From the NCBI RefSeq assembly GCF_006345805.1, contig NC_043010.1:34286001-34350000 (forward strand): a DNA stretch of 64,000 nt. The letters run 5' to 3'. Under the pieces are notes generated by a model. The model did not search any database and was not told the origin of the DNA. It was given only the letters and a program-made list of their open reading frames with translations. Made by a program: the position numbers and the translations under genes. This stretch comes from Octopus sinensis (taxonomy: Eukaryota). Positions 49,673 through 62,608 of the stretch are shown piece by piece; positions within the stretch are counted from its first letter, which is position 1, and each line of letters begins with the position of its first letter.

Positions 49673-50611
49673 TATATAAACAATTTTTAAAATGCTAAAA
49701 TTGTTTTAAAACTATAGGTGCAAAGGAAAACACATGCACTGTGTGATGCATTAAAAATACTCTATTTTCTAAATATAGCCTGTTATTTTCAGGCTTGCAA
49801 AAATCTTGTGGTATAACTGGGCTATATATGGCACAGTAGCTGAAAATGTTTCGTTTTCTACTGTATTTGATTGTTGCAAGAATTTGAAACAAATCTGTTG
49901 TATATGCAGTTGTTCTATTAACTCACCAACCTAAATGCGTGCACACATACACAAACATTAGACACAGAGCCAGAAATGAGTTGACTAGACTGATCTCAAT
50001 ACAAGAATGGTGACTATTTAATTGATCCCAGAAGAGTAAAAGAATAAAATTGGTCTTGATAGGATTGAACTCAGAATCTAAGGGGACATAACTAAATGCC
50101 ATAAAACATTTTGCCTGGCGCCTATTTGTTTCTGCTGATCTATATTACGATGGTTTCAAATTTTGGCACAAGGCCAGCAATTTTAGGGGAGAGGGTAAAT
50201 CAATTACATCAACCCCAGTGGTTCTCAACTGGTACTTTATTTTATCGACCTCAAAAGGATGAAAGGCAAAGTTGACCTCAGTGGAATTTGAACTCAGAAC
50301 ATTAAGCATTTTAATCCAATGCGTTAGCAATTCTGCAAGTTCAAGCCAACAAGAGAAAATCTGTGCTTGTTTTAATTCTTTCATCAATGGCAGCCAAATC
50401 TCTCTTAAACTACAACCAACCACCTTAAAAAAGGAAGGTCACATTGGATAAACGAAGTAAAAAGCAACATGATCATGATTAGAATGTCCAATTGAAAGAT
50501 CTGTAGAACCAGGGCAGAGCTGAGAGGATCACCATCACTACCTCTATTACCATCATCATCATCATCGATGTCAGTATTAATTAATTTCATGCCAAACATA
50601 AAAGAAATTAC

Positions 50612-50701
50612 CTGTTGTGATATACGATTGTTGCGGAAAAGGCTCGGCTTAAAATCCGATGACTCATTAGACTGACATATTGGTTGAGAAGTTTTTTGAA
50701 T
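50612..50701 (-). CDS. GPAT3/GPAT4: GPAT3/4 exon (L)FKKLLNQYVSLMSHRILSRAFSATIVYHN(R), 90 bp
   Basis: AG/GTAATT boundaries; aligns with FKEFMSKHVHLMCYRICVRALTAIITYHD; phase 2-2. Confidence 0.93.
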
Positions 50702-51059
50702 CTGAAAATGGAGGGAAACATTCTTCAGGTTTAACTTAGCTGGAAAAGTAACAAAAACATTATAGCATTTAAGACGATTTTAAACTCACAGCAATATACT
50801 ATACCACAGCTGGTTGAGTAGAGAGAAGAGAGAAACTGTAGTTTCTATTAAATCACTATACATTTGTGCTGTGTTTATGGGTGAAACACTTAACCTTCTC
50901 TGGCTCAGTCCATCCAACTACAAGAAGATACCACACAGTGGTATAATTCATTTGATGGCTTGCAGAGCTGAGTTTGATAAGCACTGATCCAGTAGAACAT
51001 ACAATTTTGTGAAAGAAAATATAGTTGTTTCTAATATTAGTACAAGAGCTGGAACTTGG

Positions 51060-52300
51060 GGCAGGTGATAATTGATTAAATTGACTCTTGTATTTGACTG
51101 GCACCTTATTTATTCTTTTCTACTCTAGGCACAAGGCCTGAAATTTTGGGGGAGGGAGCAGTCGATTAAATCAACCTCAGTATGCAACTGGTACTTAATT
51201 AATTGACCTCAAAAGGATGAAAGACAAAGTCGACCTTGGCGGAATTTGAACTCAGAATGTAACGGCAGATGAAATACGGCTACGCATTTCGCCCAGCGTA
51301 CTAACGTTTCTGCCAGCTCGCCACCTTTGGCACCTTATTTATTGGTTACAAAAGGATAAAGACAAAGTTAACCATGACAGTATTTGAACTTGGAAAGTAA
51401 ATAGTCATAAATAAACATGGCAAAGCTTTTAACAATATGGCCAATCCAACTTCCTTAACCCTTTTGATACCGACCCACTAGAGATACGAGGTTCTGGTTT
51501 TAGGATGATCTAAATTAAGACCTTCCATTGATATTTCATGTTAATTTATGTGTCAAACATGAGCTTACTAAGTTCTTCATTATTTTCACAATTAGTTGAA
51601 ACAAATGTAGCATCTTTCAACAGAAATATATGATAAATGATTTCAAATCTTGGCACAAGCCAGAAATTTCAGGAGAGGGGTTAGTTGATTACATTAACTC
51701 CAGTGCTCAACTAGTACTTCTATTATTGTCCTTGAAAGGATGAAAGGCAAAGTCGACCTCGACAGAACTTGAACTCAGAATGTGAAGATGGACAAAATGC
51801 TGCAAAGTATTTTGTCTAGCATGCTAATGATTCTACCAACTTGCCTCCTTATATGATAACTAAAGGTTAACTTATTTGTAATAATAATTTCTAATTTAGG
51901 TACATGGTCAACAGCTTTGAAGGAAGGAGGTAGTCAATGTCATCAACCCCAAGTATTCAACTGGTACTTTATTGATGCCAGAAGGATGAAAAGGAAAGTT
52001 GACTTTGATAGAATTTGAATTGAAAATGTAAAAGGCTAGAACACATATAGGAAAGCATTTTTACCCCATCTTCTAATAATTATATGAATCCATTAATTGT
52101 TTCTAATTTAGGCACAAGGCCAGCAATTTTGAAGAGAGTGGATTGGTCAATCCTTTGACCCCAAAATTAGAATTGTACTTTATTTTATTGGCCCCAAAAA
52201 GGACGAAAGGCACATTTGACCTTGGTTGGATTTGAACAAAGAATGTACAAAGCTGGAAGAAATACAAGGCATCTTGTTTGATGCTTTAACAATTCCATCA
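51060..52300 (-). mobile_element. Cluster of four to five SINE B copies with an intervening MITE
   Basis: Repeated ggcacaaggcc...ggatgaaagg...gaatttgaactcag units. Confidence 0.8.
51456..51630. mobile_element. Second TTAA-bounded MITE family, reverse copy
   Basis: Starts ttaacccttttgatacc; reverse complement of the 13.5 kb copy. Confidence 0.5.
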
Positions 52301-52759
52301 ATCCAGCTACATTTTGTGGTATATTATGGATACACTCTAGAGCAGTAAGTGGTAAAATTGGCCATTGATTGAGCAATGTTTATCTTGACAAACACAAGAA
52401 ACATAAGTATATGTTGGCCAAACAGTTATTATTGGTAAATCTCACAAGTTATTTGTTCATTGGAACAGAACTGAAGGTTTGGCTTTTCAGTTTAGTGGTT
52501 GCAGAGATCTTCCCATTCTGTTATTGCTTACAACAGTGAATCTACTGACTCCAGTGATACTTATTTACAGCTCAGTAGACAGACAGAGCAAATTTTCAGG
52601 GTAATAGTTGTTTTATCTTCCTTTCTTTCAGGACCAGGACTCAGAGCAGTGTCTATGAGAAGATACAAACCATAACCTTTCAGTTAGTGCTCCAACATTT
52701 ATCAACCATGCTAGTAACAACTGCCATAATAAAAGACAAAAGATTAAAGAAACACTTAC

Positions 52760-52834
52760 AAGCTGTTTGGAAGATATCCAATTATAGCTGTTGTTAATAT
52801 TAACCAGCATGTTCCAATGACTGCAAGGACAAGT
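52760..52834 (-). CDS. GPAT3/GPAT4: GPAT3/4 membrane-segment exon (R)LVLAVIGTCWLILTTAIIGYLPNS, 75 bp
   Basis: AG/GTAAGT boundaries; aligns with IALAFTGISLLVVGTTVVGYLPNG. Confidence 0.93.
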
Positions 52835-53554
52835 CTACAAAAAAAAAAAACCCAACAAAATAAAATTTAAAAAAACCCAGTAACGTTTGTGAAGTACAAT
52901 AAAAAGAAAAAAACAGCAAAACAATGGTTTTCATGGTGGAGGAAAGATGTTTGTTTTTGTACTATTGGATTAACTGGTAAAAGTTAACATTGACAAACCA
53001 GAATAAAGAATACAGTGGTAATTTATAAATGTTGGCTTTGTTCCAAAGACCACCACATCCATCAAACATGTACCTATCATTACAACAATGGCTTTCACAC
53101 ATTCAGGTTTATTGAACTCCTTACCCATATCTTTGTTACTATATCTCACCTCCCAGACATGGCAAAACAAGAAAAACAAAAACAAAAAAAAACCCTTTCT
53201 CTCCTTCCCCACTCATATTGTTACTGTGACACTGGCCTTCACTAAAGCAGCACCTAGCTTTTGAGTGTCTGTAGCAGATTCCACTCTATTGCAAAACTTC
53301 AGACCATGCCTCTGGTCTGGGAACCTGATCTCAATGTACTGCAGTTTGCACACTTCACCTCTTCATCCTATCACCAGCCTTTGAGACTCAAAAAAACCCC
53401 CCAAAAAACATAAAATGAGGAAGAAAAGAATTACAACTGAGTAGGAGTGGCCTGCAAAAGGTCATGATCAATGCCCTATTCTCCCCAGTCAATACAGTTA
53501 ACAATTCCACCTATTTGCTATCCTATTACTACTACTGCTACTAATGATAATAAT

Positions 53555-55015
53555 GATCCTTTCTAGAAAAAGCACAAGGCCTGAAATTCAGTGGGAGGAG
53601 ACTAATCAATTTCATTGACTTCAGTCTTTCACTGGTACTTAATTTATTGACCCCAAAAGGGTGAAAGCAAAGTTGAACTCAGAACATAGCAATGGGCAAA
53701 ATACCGATAAGCATTTTGTCCAGCCTGCTAATGACTCTGCCAGTTCAATCCTTTCTACTATAGGCACAAGGCCTGAAATTTTAGGGGAGGGGCTAGTTGA
53801 TTACATCAACACCAGTGCATTAAATGGTACTTATTTCATTGACCCCAAAAGGATGAAAAGCAAAGTCGACCTCGGTGGAATTTAAATTCACAACTTGAAG
53901 ATGGATGAAATGTTGCCAAGCGTTTTACTCGGCATAATGATTCTGCCAGCTCATTACCATGTTGCACACATATGGTTGTGATGCATGTGCCTGGTGTACC
54001 CTTATCAGATGGGTAGTCATGATGGATATACTAGGCTTTGTATATTTTACCCATTGTCACTTTGATGGCATGCACTGCTCTTACAACAACAACAATAATA
54101 ATAATAATAAATGCACTGATGCAATACCAGGCAGTGGCTCTCATGCATCTAATCTTAACTGACCAGAAGTGTTAACATGTACATGTTCTGTTTTGGTGTA
54201 AAAGATGAGCTACAGCAAATAAAGATGGGTTACAGCAAATATTCTGCTCAATAACTCACTTGCTTGACCATAACTAGTTGAGCATGTTCCTTAGTGGCTG
54301 ATGATGTGTGCATCTCAGGTCATGAGCAGTGGAAGAGCATCATAGCCATGTGTCGAGAGGGATTCTTTGGGTTTGAATAATTCATCCCAGGAAACATGGG
54401 CGTTTCATTCATCATCCTTAAATAACCCTTATTCAGGGACCTTTTGAGCAGGATGGGCTACTTAACCTTAAGAAAGTTCTGACCTGAAAGGTCCTGTGCT
54501 GTTTATCTTGATATGAGGTCACCATGTTGTGCACATATGATTGTGATGTTTGTACCTGGTGCACCTTATCAGATGGGTAGTCATGATGGATATATTAGGC
54601 TTCATATATTTGTACCCCAGCATCATTTTGATGGCATGTGCTGCTTTCTCACTCAATAATAATTCTTGTCAATTTCAGCACAAGCAGTTTTGAAGGTATG
54701 AGGAAGTCAATTACAATGATTATGGAGCTCAATCAATATTTATTTAATTGGCCTTGAGGATGAAAGGCAAAGTTGACCTTGGTAGTATTTGAACTCAGAA
54801 TATAGAGTAAGAAGAAGTGCGGCCAAGTATTTTGCCCAACACAGCCTTAATGATAACAAAAACAACAACAAATGTTTCTAATTTAGGGCATAAAGCCAGC
54901 AGTTTTGAGGGGAAGGGCTAGTTAGTACCACTGCCTTTAGTACTTGGTTGGCACTTTTTTTTTATCTATCCCAAAGGGATGAAAGGCAAAGTTGTCCATG
55001 GAAGGATTTGAATAA
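53555..55015 (-). mobile_element. Four SINE B copies flanking an unclassified ~550-bp interspersed element with a partial direct duplicate
   Basis: SINE cores at 53555, 53750, 54660 and 54870; 53956-54080 is a direct repeat of 54521-54650. Confidence 0.7.
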
Positions 55016-55693
55016 TAATGATTTCTAACATTGACACAATAATAACAACTGCTGTAACTATTATTCCTTCATGACACTAAACCCTATCCCTTCCACTTGG
55101 TCGCACACAATAGGAACAGAATCACTTGAGATTACTCGTAACAGTCGACAACTATGAACTAGACATGGTACAATACATATATTTAGCTGATTTTACATCA
55201 GACTTGGCAGGGAAATCTGAGCCTAGCTGGATGAAAATTAAATACCCCAAAAAACATCCATGTCAGCACTTCACTATTTCTGCCAACTCCATTGCCCTTT
55301 CCTTCCTTGAATTACTAGAGACTATTTAATTACATTAATGTAATAAGTCTGATACTATCATTAGGGCAACACCTACCACTTTTATATAAATACAAATTTT
55401 TAAAGCAAAGAAATCTAAGCTCTAAAGTTATTATGGCTTGCCCAACTCTATAGTAAAAGCTGCTGTCTCTTTAGGCATGTGTGGGTGTGTATGTGTGCAT
55501 GCATGCACATGCCCGTATGTGTGTGTGATTTCAGTCACCTATAACAAATCACTAAACTCTAAGAATCTTTCTGCTTCCCTACAATGCCAAGCTCCTGTTC
55601 CCTTTTTAATTACTGCCAAAGTCAATGAGACCTGACCTTGGTCAAAAGTATTTTTAAAGCCCTTAGAGGTCAAGCCAGCAGATGCTTTCACAT

Positions 55694-55917
55694 TAATCTT
55701 CTAGCATTCAGATTATTCTTTCAAATGTTTATTTATTCACATTGTTATAAACTGATCATGCACTATCTTGTAGCTCTGAGATTTTGACGATATCCTTTTT
55801 AAAATGACATTGTAGGATAAGTGTGAGAGGCCAGAAATGGCCAGTTTGAAGACAGAACAGGTAGAATATTTTGACCAGAAATGGCCAGTTTAAATGCTGA
55901 AGGGTTAACGAAGATAA
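55694..55917. mobile_element. TTAA-bounded MITE, opposite orientation copy of the same family
   Basis: Ends aatcttctagcattcagatta ... aaatgctgaagggttaa; internal sequence is the reverse complement of 62147-62332. Confidence 0.6.
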
Positions 55918-56310
55918 AATAATTTATTTTCAATGAGATACAATAAATGTTAACTAAAATTTTAAAAAAATCTAACCTATATTTGAATCTTATTAGGTAT
56001 TAGAGAGTGACCCTTTGTCCTAGCACAAAAATGATTTGTTGACAAATTAGCTCCATCCTCTTCTAAGGGTGGAATTTAGGAACCTGTCTGTGTAATGCAA
56101 ACTACCATGCTTGAACCACATCATCTCTCCTTGGCAGGCATCCATCATATAAAGCTAAACTTGGCACTACAACAATTGCATAATTTGCCACAATTACATA
56201 ATTTGTCTGCAAACTTCAAAATTTTATGATACTGTCCTTTATCAAACATATTCAACTGCCAAAATATTAAGTACCATCGTTGTTTATGCCTGTTATATTT
56301 ACTTGCTTGG

Positions 56311-56620
56311 CACATGGCTCAGTGGTTAGAGCGTCAAGCTCACAATCATAAGGTAGTGAGTTTGATTCCTGAAATAAAGTATCTTGAGCAAGATGCTTTA
56401 TTTCACGTTGTTCCAGTTCACTCAGCAGTAGAAATGAGTTGCAATGTCATTGGTGCCAAGCTGTATCAGCCTTTGCCTTTTCCTTGGTTAACATTGGTGG
56501 TGTGAAGAGGGGAGGTTGGTATGCATGGATGACTGCTGGTCTTCCACAAACAATCTTGTCTGGACTTGTGCCTCAGAGGAGAACTTTCTAGGTGTAATCC
56601 CATGGTCATTCATAACTGAT
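56311..56620 (+). mobile_element. SINE family D
   Basis: Head cacatggctcagtggttagagcgtc; reverse copy at 60670-61010. Confidence 0.75.
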
Positions 56621-56689
56621 GGGGATCCCCTTTTTATAGTGTCTCACAAATTACTGAAGCTAATAACTACAACAATTTTTTACCAGTTC

Positions 56690-57110
56690 TTTTATTTGTT
56701 TCAGTCAGTAGACCATGGCCATGCTGGGGCACCACCTTGAAAGATTGAGTCCAACAAATTGACCCCAATACTTATTCTTTTTTTAAGCCTAGTACTTATT
56801 CAATTGGTCTCTTAGACTGAACTGCTAAGTCACAGCAACATAAACAAACTAACATCAGTTGTCAAGTGGAATAGGGATAAATACACCTATCATTCTATCT
56901 ACATATATACATACATGTAAAAATGCATGCATGCACACACACACACATATACTACAGGATTCCGCAGTTTCTGTCTACCAATTTCACTCACATGGAATTG
57001 GTTAACGCAGAGCTATAGTGAAGATACTTGCCCAAGGTTCCATTCAATATAATAGAATTGAACTGGAAACAATGCGGTTGTAGTGTGAGCTTTGCTTCCA
57101 CACAGTTTCG
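56690..57110 (-). mobile_element. SINE family A, diverged
   Basis: ttcagtcagtagaccatggccatgctggg...cttgcccaagg motifs. Confidence 0.7.
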
Positions 57111-58207
57111 CCTGTGTGATTACAAATTTTGAATCGTTAGCAAGTGCACAGTCCATATCTTTTTTAATGGTATATGAGTGAATTGGTTACTCATGAAAGT
57201 GTTGGATGGAGGTGCCTTATGCCTTACTTTCTCACTACTTTCTCAGGCTCTCTGTGTACTGAGTTGAAATCGCATTAAGATCAATCCAGGATAATTGTGG
57301 TTAGTCCACGTTACTCTGTAAGAAGCATAAGGCTGGCCTCCCAGTTTCTCTGGCATATGTTTTCCTCCCTGGATGATATGCTGGTCCATTTTCACTCATT
57401 TCTACCAGCTGAGTAGACTAGAGCAATAGGAAATGAAGTGTTTTGCTCAAGAACACAACACATTGCCTGGTTCAGGAATCAAAACCACATTGGTGGAATT
57501 GCTAGAGCATTGAACCAGATACTCATCAGAATTCAAAAAGGCCAGAATCAATACCAATGTTTGCAACAAAACTGCTGCCAAGCTGTATTGGATCTTGACT
57601 TTCCCTGTAGACAACATTAGTGAAACAAACATAAGGAAGTTTGCATGCAGTGAGAGCTTCTGATCATCATTTAATGTTCGTATTCCATGTTGGTATGGGT
57701 TGGATGATTTGACAGGAGCTGGCTAGCCAGAGAGCTGCACTGGTCTCCAATTGTCTCTTTTGGCATGGTTTCTTTGGCTGGTATCCCCTTCCTAACGCCA
57801 ACCACTTTACAGAGTGTATTGGGTACTTTTTATGTAGCACCAGCATCAGTTCTTACTATATGGTACCATCATGGGTGCTTCATAACAACTTGCTCAGGCT
57901 TGTACCTTGGAGAAGATCTTTCCAGATGTAAACTCTGTCTCACAAGAGAAACAGTCCACCCTGATACTGGGTGAAGAGCTACTGTTTATATATGCCCTAC
58001 AGAGGTACATGAAAATATTATTTTCTTTAAGATATTTGAGGTGTATCAGCAGTACAAAATCCATTTAAAGATAATCATATATGAAAAAAAAGACTTTTGA
58101 TTAATATGTGGTTGTTTACATAAGGGTATGGGTATATATTTGTGTGTACGCATTGTCCCTTTGTAACAGTGTTTTAAATTATATATTTAATAAAAAGAAA
58201 GACTCAC

Positions 58208-58273
58208 CTGAATGGGAATAACATACAATATCTGATAATTAAGCCGACGAAATAGAGAATAGTTAACCGCACA
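58208..58273 (-). CDS. GPAT3/GPAT4: GPAT3/4 exon (S)VRLTILYFVGLIIRYCMLFPF(R), 66 bp
   Basis: AG/GTGAGT boundaries; aligns with SLRLTVLWGLGVLIRYCFLLPLR. Confidence 0.93.
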
Positions 58274-58625
58274 CTATAATAATAATAAAAAAAAAGTGCT
58301 GATTAGTTTACTACACATTGTATTAATTAGAAAATAGACAATTTTTAACTGTACACTAATAATATTAATTAAAAAAATACAATATTTTACTGTAATTATA
58401 ACAGCAATAATGATAAATAAAATTAGTTAACTGTACATTGTAAGAATTAAGAGAGATTAGTTAACTGCAATTAGAAAATATTTAACTGAACACAATACCA
58501 ATTTTAAGAAAGAGATTAATTTACTGCATTCTACAATGATTAAAAAAAAACAAAATGGAGATTAATTCACCTTTATTTTAAGTATTATTATAGAGTTCAT
58601 TTAACTGATACTATAATAATATATT
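58255..58625 (-). repeat. Degenerate AT-rich minisatellite related to the adjacent GPAT acceptor/exon junction
   Basis: About 7-8 recurrences of (ag)ttaactg(t/c)acac-like units spaced roughly 30-80 bp apart. Confidence 0.65.
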
Positions 58626-58939
58626 TTTTAAAATGCAACAAAAAAAAAAGAAACAAACTAGAATTTATTTTTAACTAAATACTTTAAGCTTTGCTATAAA
58701 GTGATGTCTAACATGCTCAAGACACATGCAAGGAAATGGATATAGTCAGTTTATCAACAACAGTACTTGACTTGTACTTTAAGTATGGAGATTGATATGA
58801 TTAAGTATGCCACTCCTCTAAAATGTGAGATCATGTACCTGCTAAATACATAAATTTGAATGTGAAGCATAAAATAAATATCTTAAATATAATACCTGCT
58901 ATTCTGCTGCCTATTTTTTTTCTCTATTATTATTATTAT

Positions 58940-60050
58940 TATTATTATTCATCTTCCTTGTTTAACTTCTGCTTCTATGTTAGCATGGGTGGGACGGTTT
59001 GTCAGGAGCCAGCCAGGCAGAACCTGCACCAGATTTCTGTGATTGTTTTGGCAGGGTTTTTACAGCTGAATGTCCTTCCTAACACCAACCACTCAATAGA
59101 GTGGACTTAGTGCTTTTTACATGGAACAAGCACAGGTGGGGTAAGTAGTGCTTTTTACATGGTACAAGCACAGGTGAGGTCAGTTTTGGCAAGGTTTTTA
59201 CAGCTGGATGCCCTTCCAAACACCAATCACTTTACAGTGTGGTCTGGGTGCTTTTAAGTATCACCTGCACTGACAGGGTCACCAAATATTTGCAAGACAT
59301 AAAAAAAAACTTTCCAGAGGGGAGGAGGCATTAGAGGAGGTGATCTTTTGTTGGATGATGAGAGGTGAGATAGATACAGGTGTCTTGCTGTAGAGGAACT
59401 ACAAGGTTACCAGGTGAGAGAGAGAAAGATCAGGAATGAAGACAGAGGGAAGTGTAGGAGAAGGAGAGAGAGTAGGAGACAGCAGGATAGAGATGGTGGC
59501 AAAATGCCAGGCATACTCACAAGGAACAGGGATCAGAATATAAATGGGATGGTTGAGTAAAGGAAGAGAGATAAAAATGGTGGCAAGTGCCAGGGCATAT
59601 CTTTGAGGGTCAAATGCTATAATATAAATTGCAGGCTATTGCGAAAGGAGTGTGATTAAAGATTTTGAGTAAGTTGTGAAAGACCTGGGTATGTATAGAG
59701 TTGGGGGTGGAGGCATCGTATAGCAATGATACAGAGGAACAGGGGTGTGAGGATAGGATTGGGGAGTGAAATCTAGGCATAGTGTATGAAGGAGTTGCTT
59801 ATAGGTGAAACACACAAGTTGGGGGCTAGCAGATAGCAATAATAGAATGAGACAGGGCTTGTGGTTAATTCAGGGGCAGACAGAGAGCAATGATACAGTG
59901 GCACAGGGCCAAGAGGACAGGATTGGGGATTGGGAGGTAATCAAAGTACATGAAGCAGAAATGTGAGGAAGAGATGTAGTTTGGCTTGTTGTGGTAGAGT
60001 GTATGAGAAGTTTTCTTGTTAAGTGTGAGTGGGACACACAGTACTTCTAG
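58940..60050 (-). mobile_element. Family E 3' tail plus long purine-rich body (decayed retroelement)
   Basis: Duplicated tail units at 58960-59270 continue into a G/A-rich segment without an intact ORF. Confidence 0.55.
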
Positions 60051-60082
60051 AACTCAGTTTCGCTGGTTGCTGTTGTTGTTAT

Positions 60083-60310
60083 TAAGGCAGTGAGCTGGCA
60101 GAATCATTAACATGCTGGGCAAAATATTTAGCAGTATTTTGCTTGTCTTTACATTCTGAGTTTTGCAGAAGTTGACTTTGCCTTTATCGTTTTGGGGTTG
60201 ATAAAATAAGTACCAGTTGAGTACAGGGGTTGATGTAATCGACTACATCCCTCCCCCAAATTTCAGACCTTGTGCCTTTAGTAGAAAGGATTATTATTAT
60301 CATTATTATT
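60083..60310 (+). mobile_element. SINE family B
   Basis: Full head, core and (ATT)n tail. Confidence 0.8.
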
Positions 60311-60669
60311 TCTCTGGCAGTTTCATGAAAGTTTCTACTGCATCACCTAATGTACCTCTACATTCCTATGGTGTGTGCAGCATAGGGTTCTTATTTTTGT
60401 ATGGACTGGGGGGAAAAAAAAACTCCTCTTGGTGTACTGCATCAGTTTGTTTTGTTATGGAGGTTTAGTTTCTCGTTATATTCATGGATGTTCTGCTGTG
60501 CTTGGTGTGTTTAATATGAGTTGTGTTATTTAACTGGGTATTAATCTTGTAGAGATTTTTTGTTTTAGATTATTAGGATCTAATTGTATTGTATAGTATA
60601 TGTGAAGATTGTTCTATTTGAGCTATTCAATTGAATCAATAGTCGTTTGCACAAGATGTGGGGGTGTTC

Positions 60670-61010
60670 TTAGCAGAGTTATTTTTTGGACAATGTAGTC
60701 TGAGACCCCCTTCAGTCATAACTGACCATGGGATTGCACCTAAAAAGTTACTCTCCCAGGCACAAGTCCAGGCAAAGTTGTTTATGGAAGACCAGCAGTC
60801 GCCTATGTATACCGGCCTCCCCTCTCCACGCCACCAGTATTATCAAAGGGAAAGGCAAAGGCCAATACAGCTTGACACCTGTGACGTCGCAACTCATTTC
60901 TACAGCTGAGTGAACTGGAGCAACGTGAAATAAAGTGTCTTGCTCAAGAACGCAACATGCAGCCTGGTCTGGGATTCAAGCTCAGAACCTCACAATCATA
61001 AGCTCGATGT
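60670..61010 (-). mobile_element. SINE family D
   Basis: Reverse complement of 56311-56620. Confidence 0.75.
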
Positions 61011-61045
61011 TCTATGCACCTTCACAGGGTTGTAGTGTTGTAATT

Positions 61046-61078
<33 letters not shown>

Positions 61079-61132
61079 GTCTTTGGTTGGTTGCAAAGAT
61101 CCAAAAGAAATGTGAAGAATGAGATAAAATAC

Positions 61133-61187
61133 CTTATAAAGTGATACCCATCATTGTTTCGAGTTAAAAGGTTCCATGATTGAAGCT
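61133..61187 (-). CDS. GPAT3/GPAT4: GPAT3/4 exon (E)LQSWNLLTRNNDGYHFI(S), 55 bp
   Basis: Acceptor aacag; weak donor AG|GTATTT; aligns with ELESWNLLSRTNYNFQYIS; phases fit both neighbours. Confidence 0.92.
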
Positions 61188-62146
61188 CTGTTAAATTGAA
61201 AGAATACAAATATAAATACAAGACAAAATACACAAATTTATGACAGTAGAGCATTCACCCACACAGGTGAGATGGCAGCATGCTTATCTTTGTAACAGCA
61301 ATGGCAGTGCACCTAGCTTCAAATGTCACACCACACCACCTCTCTCTACCTCTTACATAACATCACCATCCTTCTTCCTTTTATATCACATCACTTCCTC
61401 ACTTTTACATTACATCATCTCTGTCTCTATCATACCACCACTGCTGTTTCCCAAGTTAAAAGCATTTTCAAACGATTTTCTGGTTAAATATTACATCATA
61501 AGTAGGACAGAGAAAGCAGTTTTTCATGAATCATTTGTAGATAATTGACTGTACTACTTCTTTTCTTTAAACATTAACCTTAGATCTGATATTCTCAATA
61601 CTCAAAATGAAACCAACATTAGGGATAGATAAAATTTGTCAATATTTTAAAACCTTTACTAATATCCTTTTCATAATGATTCTAGATTAGGCTGAAACCC
61701 ACTTATTTTGAGGGAAGGGTTCAATACTTGATGGGCATATATTTCATAGATCCTCAAAGGGCAAAAAGCAAAACTGATCCCAGCCAGAATTGAATTCAGG
61801 ATGAAACTAGGGACATAATGCAAACACCTGAGAATTTACATCTCTGTTACTTAATAATAAGTCAGATACTCTACAGAACCTGTCAACCACCACCCTCATC
61901 TACAGTTTTAGAAAAAGTAATCACAATTAAAAGCCAGGGTTCATTTCAGCCTTTTAAGCATTGCATCTGGGGTACTACTGTAAACAGTGTCTTTCTTTAG
62001 AGCAAGTCAGCATGGTGGAGCTATTCCTCCATAAGCTGTATCTCCAAGAGTATTTTGAACTCAGAAATCAATAGCATTAGGTACAAGTTATACATAAAAC
62101 AGACTTGTGATACAAGGTCAAAAATTATGTGGGAGGAAACAGTTGC

Positions 62147-62332
62147 TTAATCCTTTAGCATTTAAATTGGTCAAATCTGACCAAAATATTCTATCTGTTT
62201 TATGGCTCAAGCTGGCCAGATCCTGCCTCTCACACCTACCCTATAATGTCATTGCAAATATAAATAAGCACACCAAAAAGTGAATAAATAGAAATTACAT
62301 TTGACAGAGTAATCTGCATACTAAAGGGTTAA
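62147..62332. mobile_element. TTAA-bounded MITE, same family as 37872-38535
   Basis: ttaa-tcctttagcat ... atactaaaggg-ttaa; internal sequence shared with the 38 kb copies. Confidence 0.7.
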
Positions 62333-62608
62333 ATCAAGTACAATATTTTAAAAAGATGAAAAACATTGTTGACTTTAGTGCAATTTGAACTTAGAATGTA
62401 AAAAGGGATAGCTAAATGCAGCATTGTGCTACTGTTTCTGCCATTCCCTTGCCTTAATAATAGCTGATGTTTCCTTTTTATTGTAATGTACAAGTTTATC
62501 TTTAAACCAAAGTATATAAAAAAAAATCAATAATAGTAATAATGATAACTGAATTTAAGTAATTTCACTGAAAAAAGAAATGGACAGAAATAAAGAAAAA
62601 AAACCTAC

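Noticed and set aside
52970-53245. ORF pair near the 52760 exon
   Set aside because: No homology to GPAT or recognisable domain; the true exon is 52760-52834 in another frame.
61121-61132. Possible U12-type intron (GTAT start)
   Set aside because: It lacks GTATCCTT, and the acceptor side shows a U2-like CTAAT branch point rather than TCCTTAAC.
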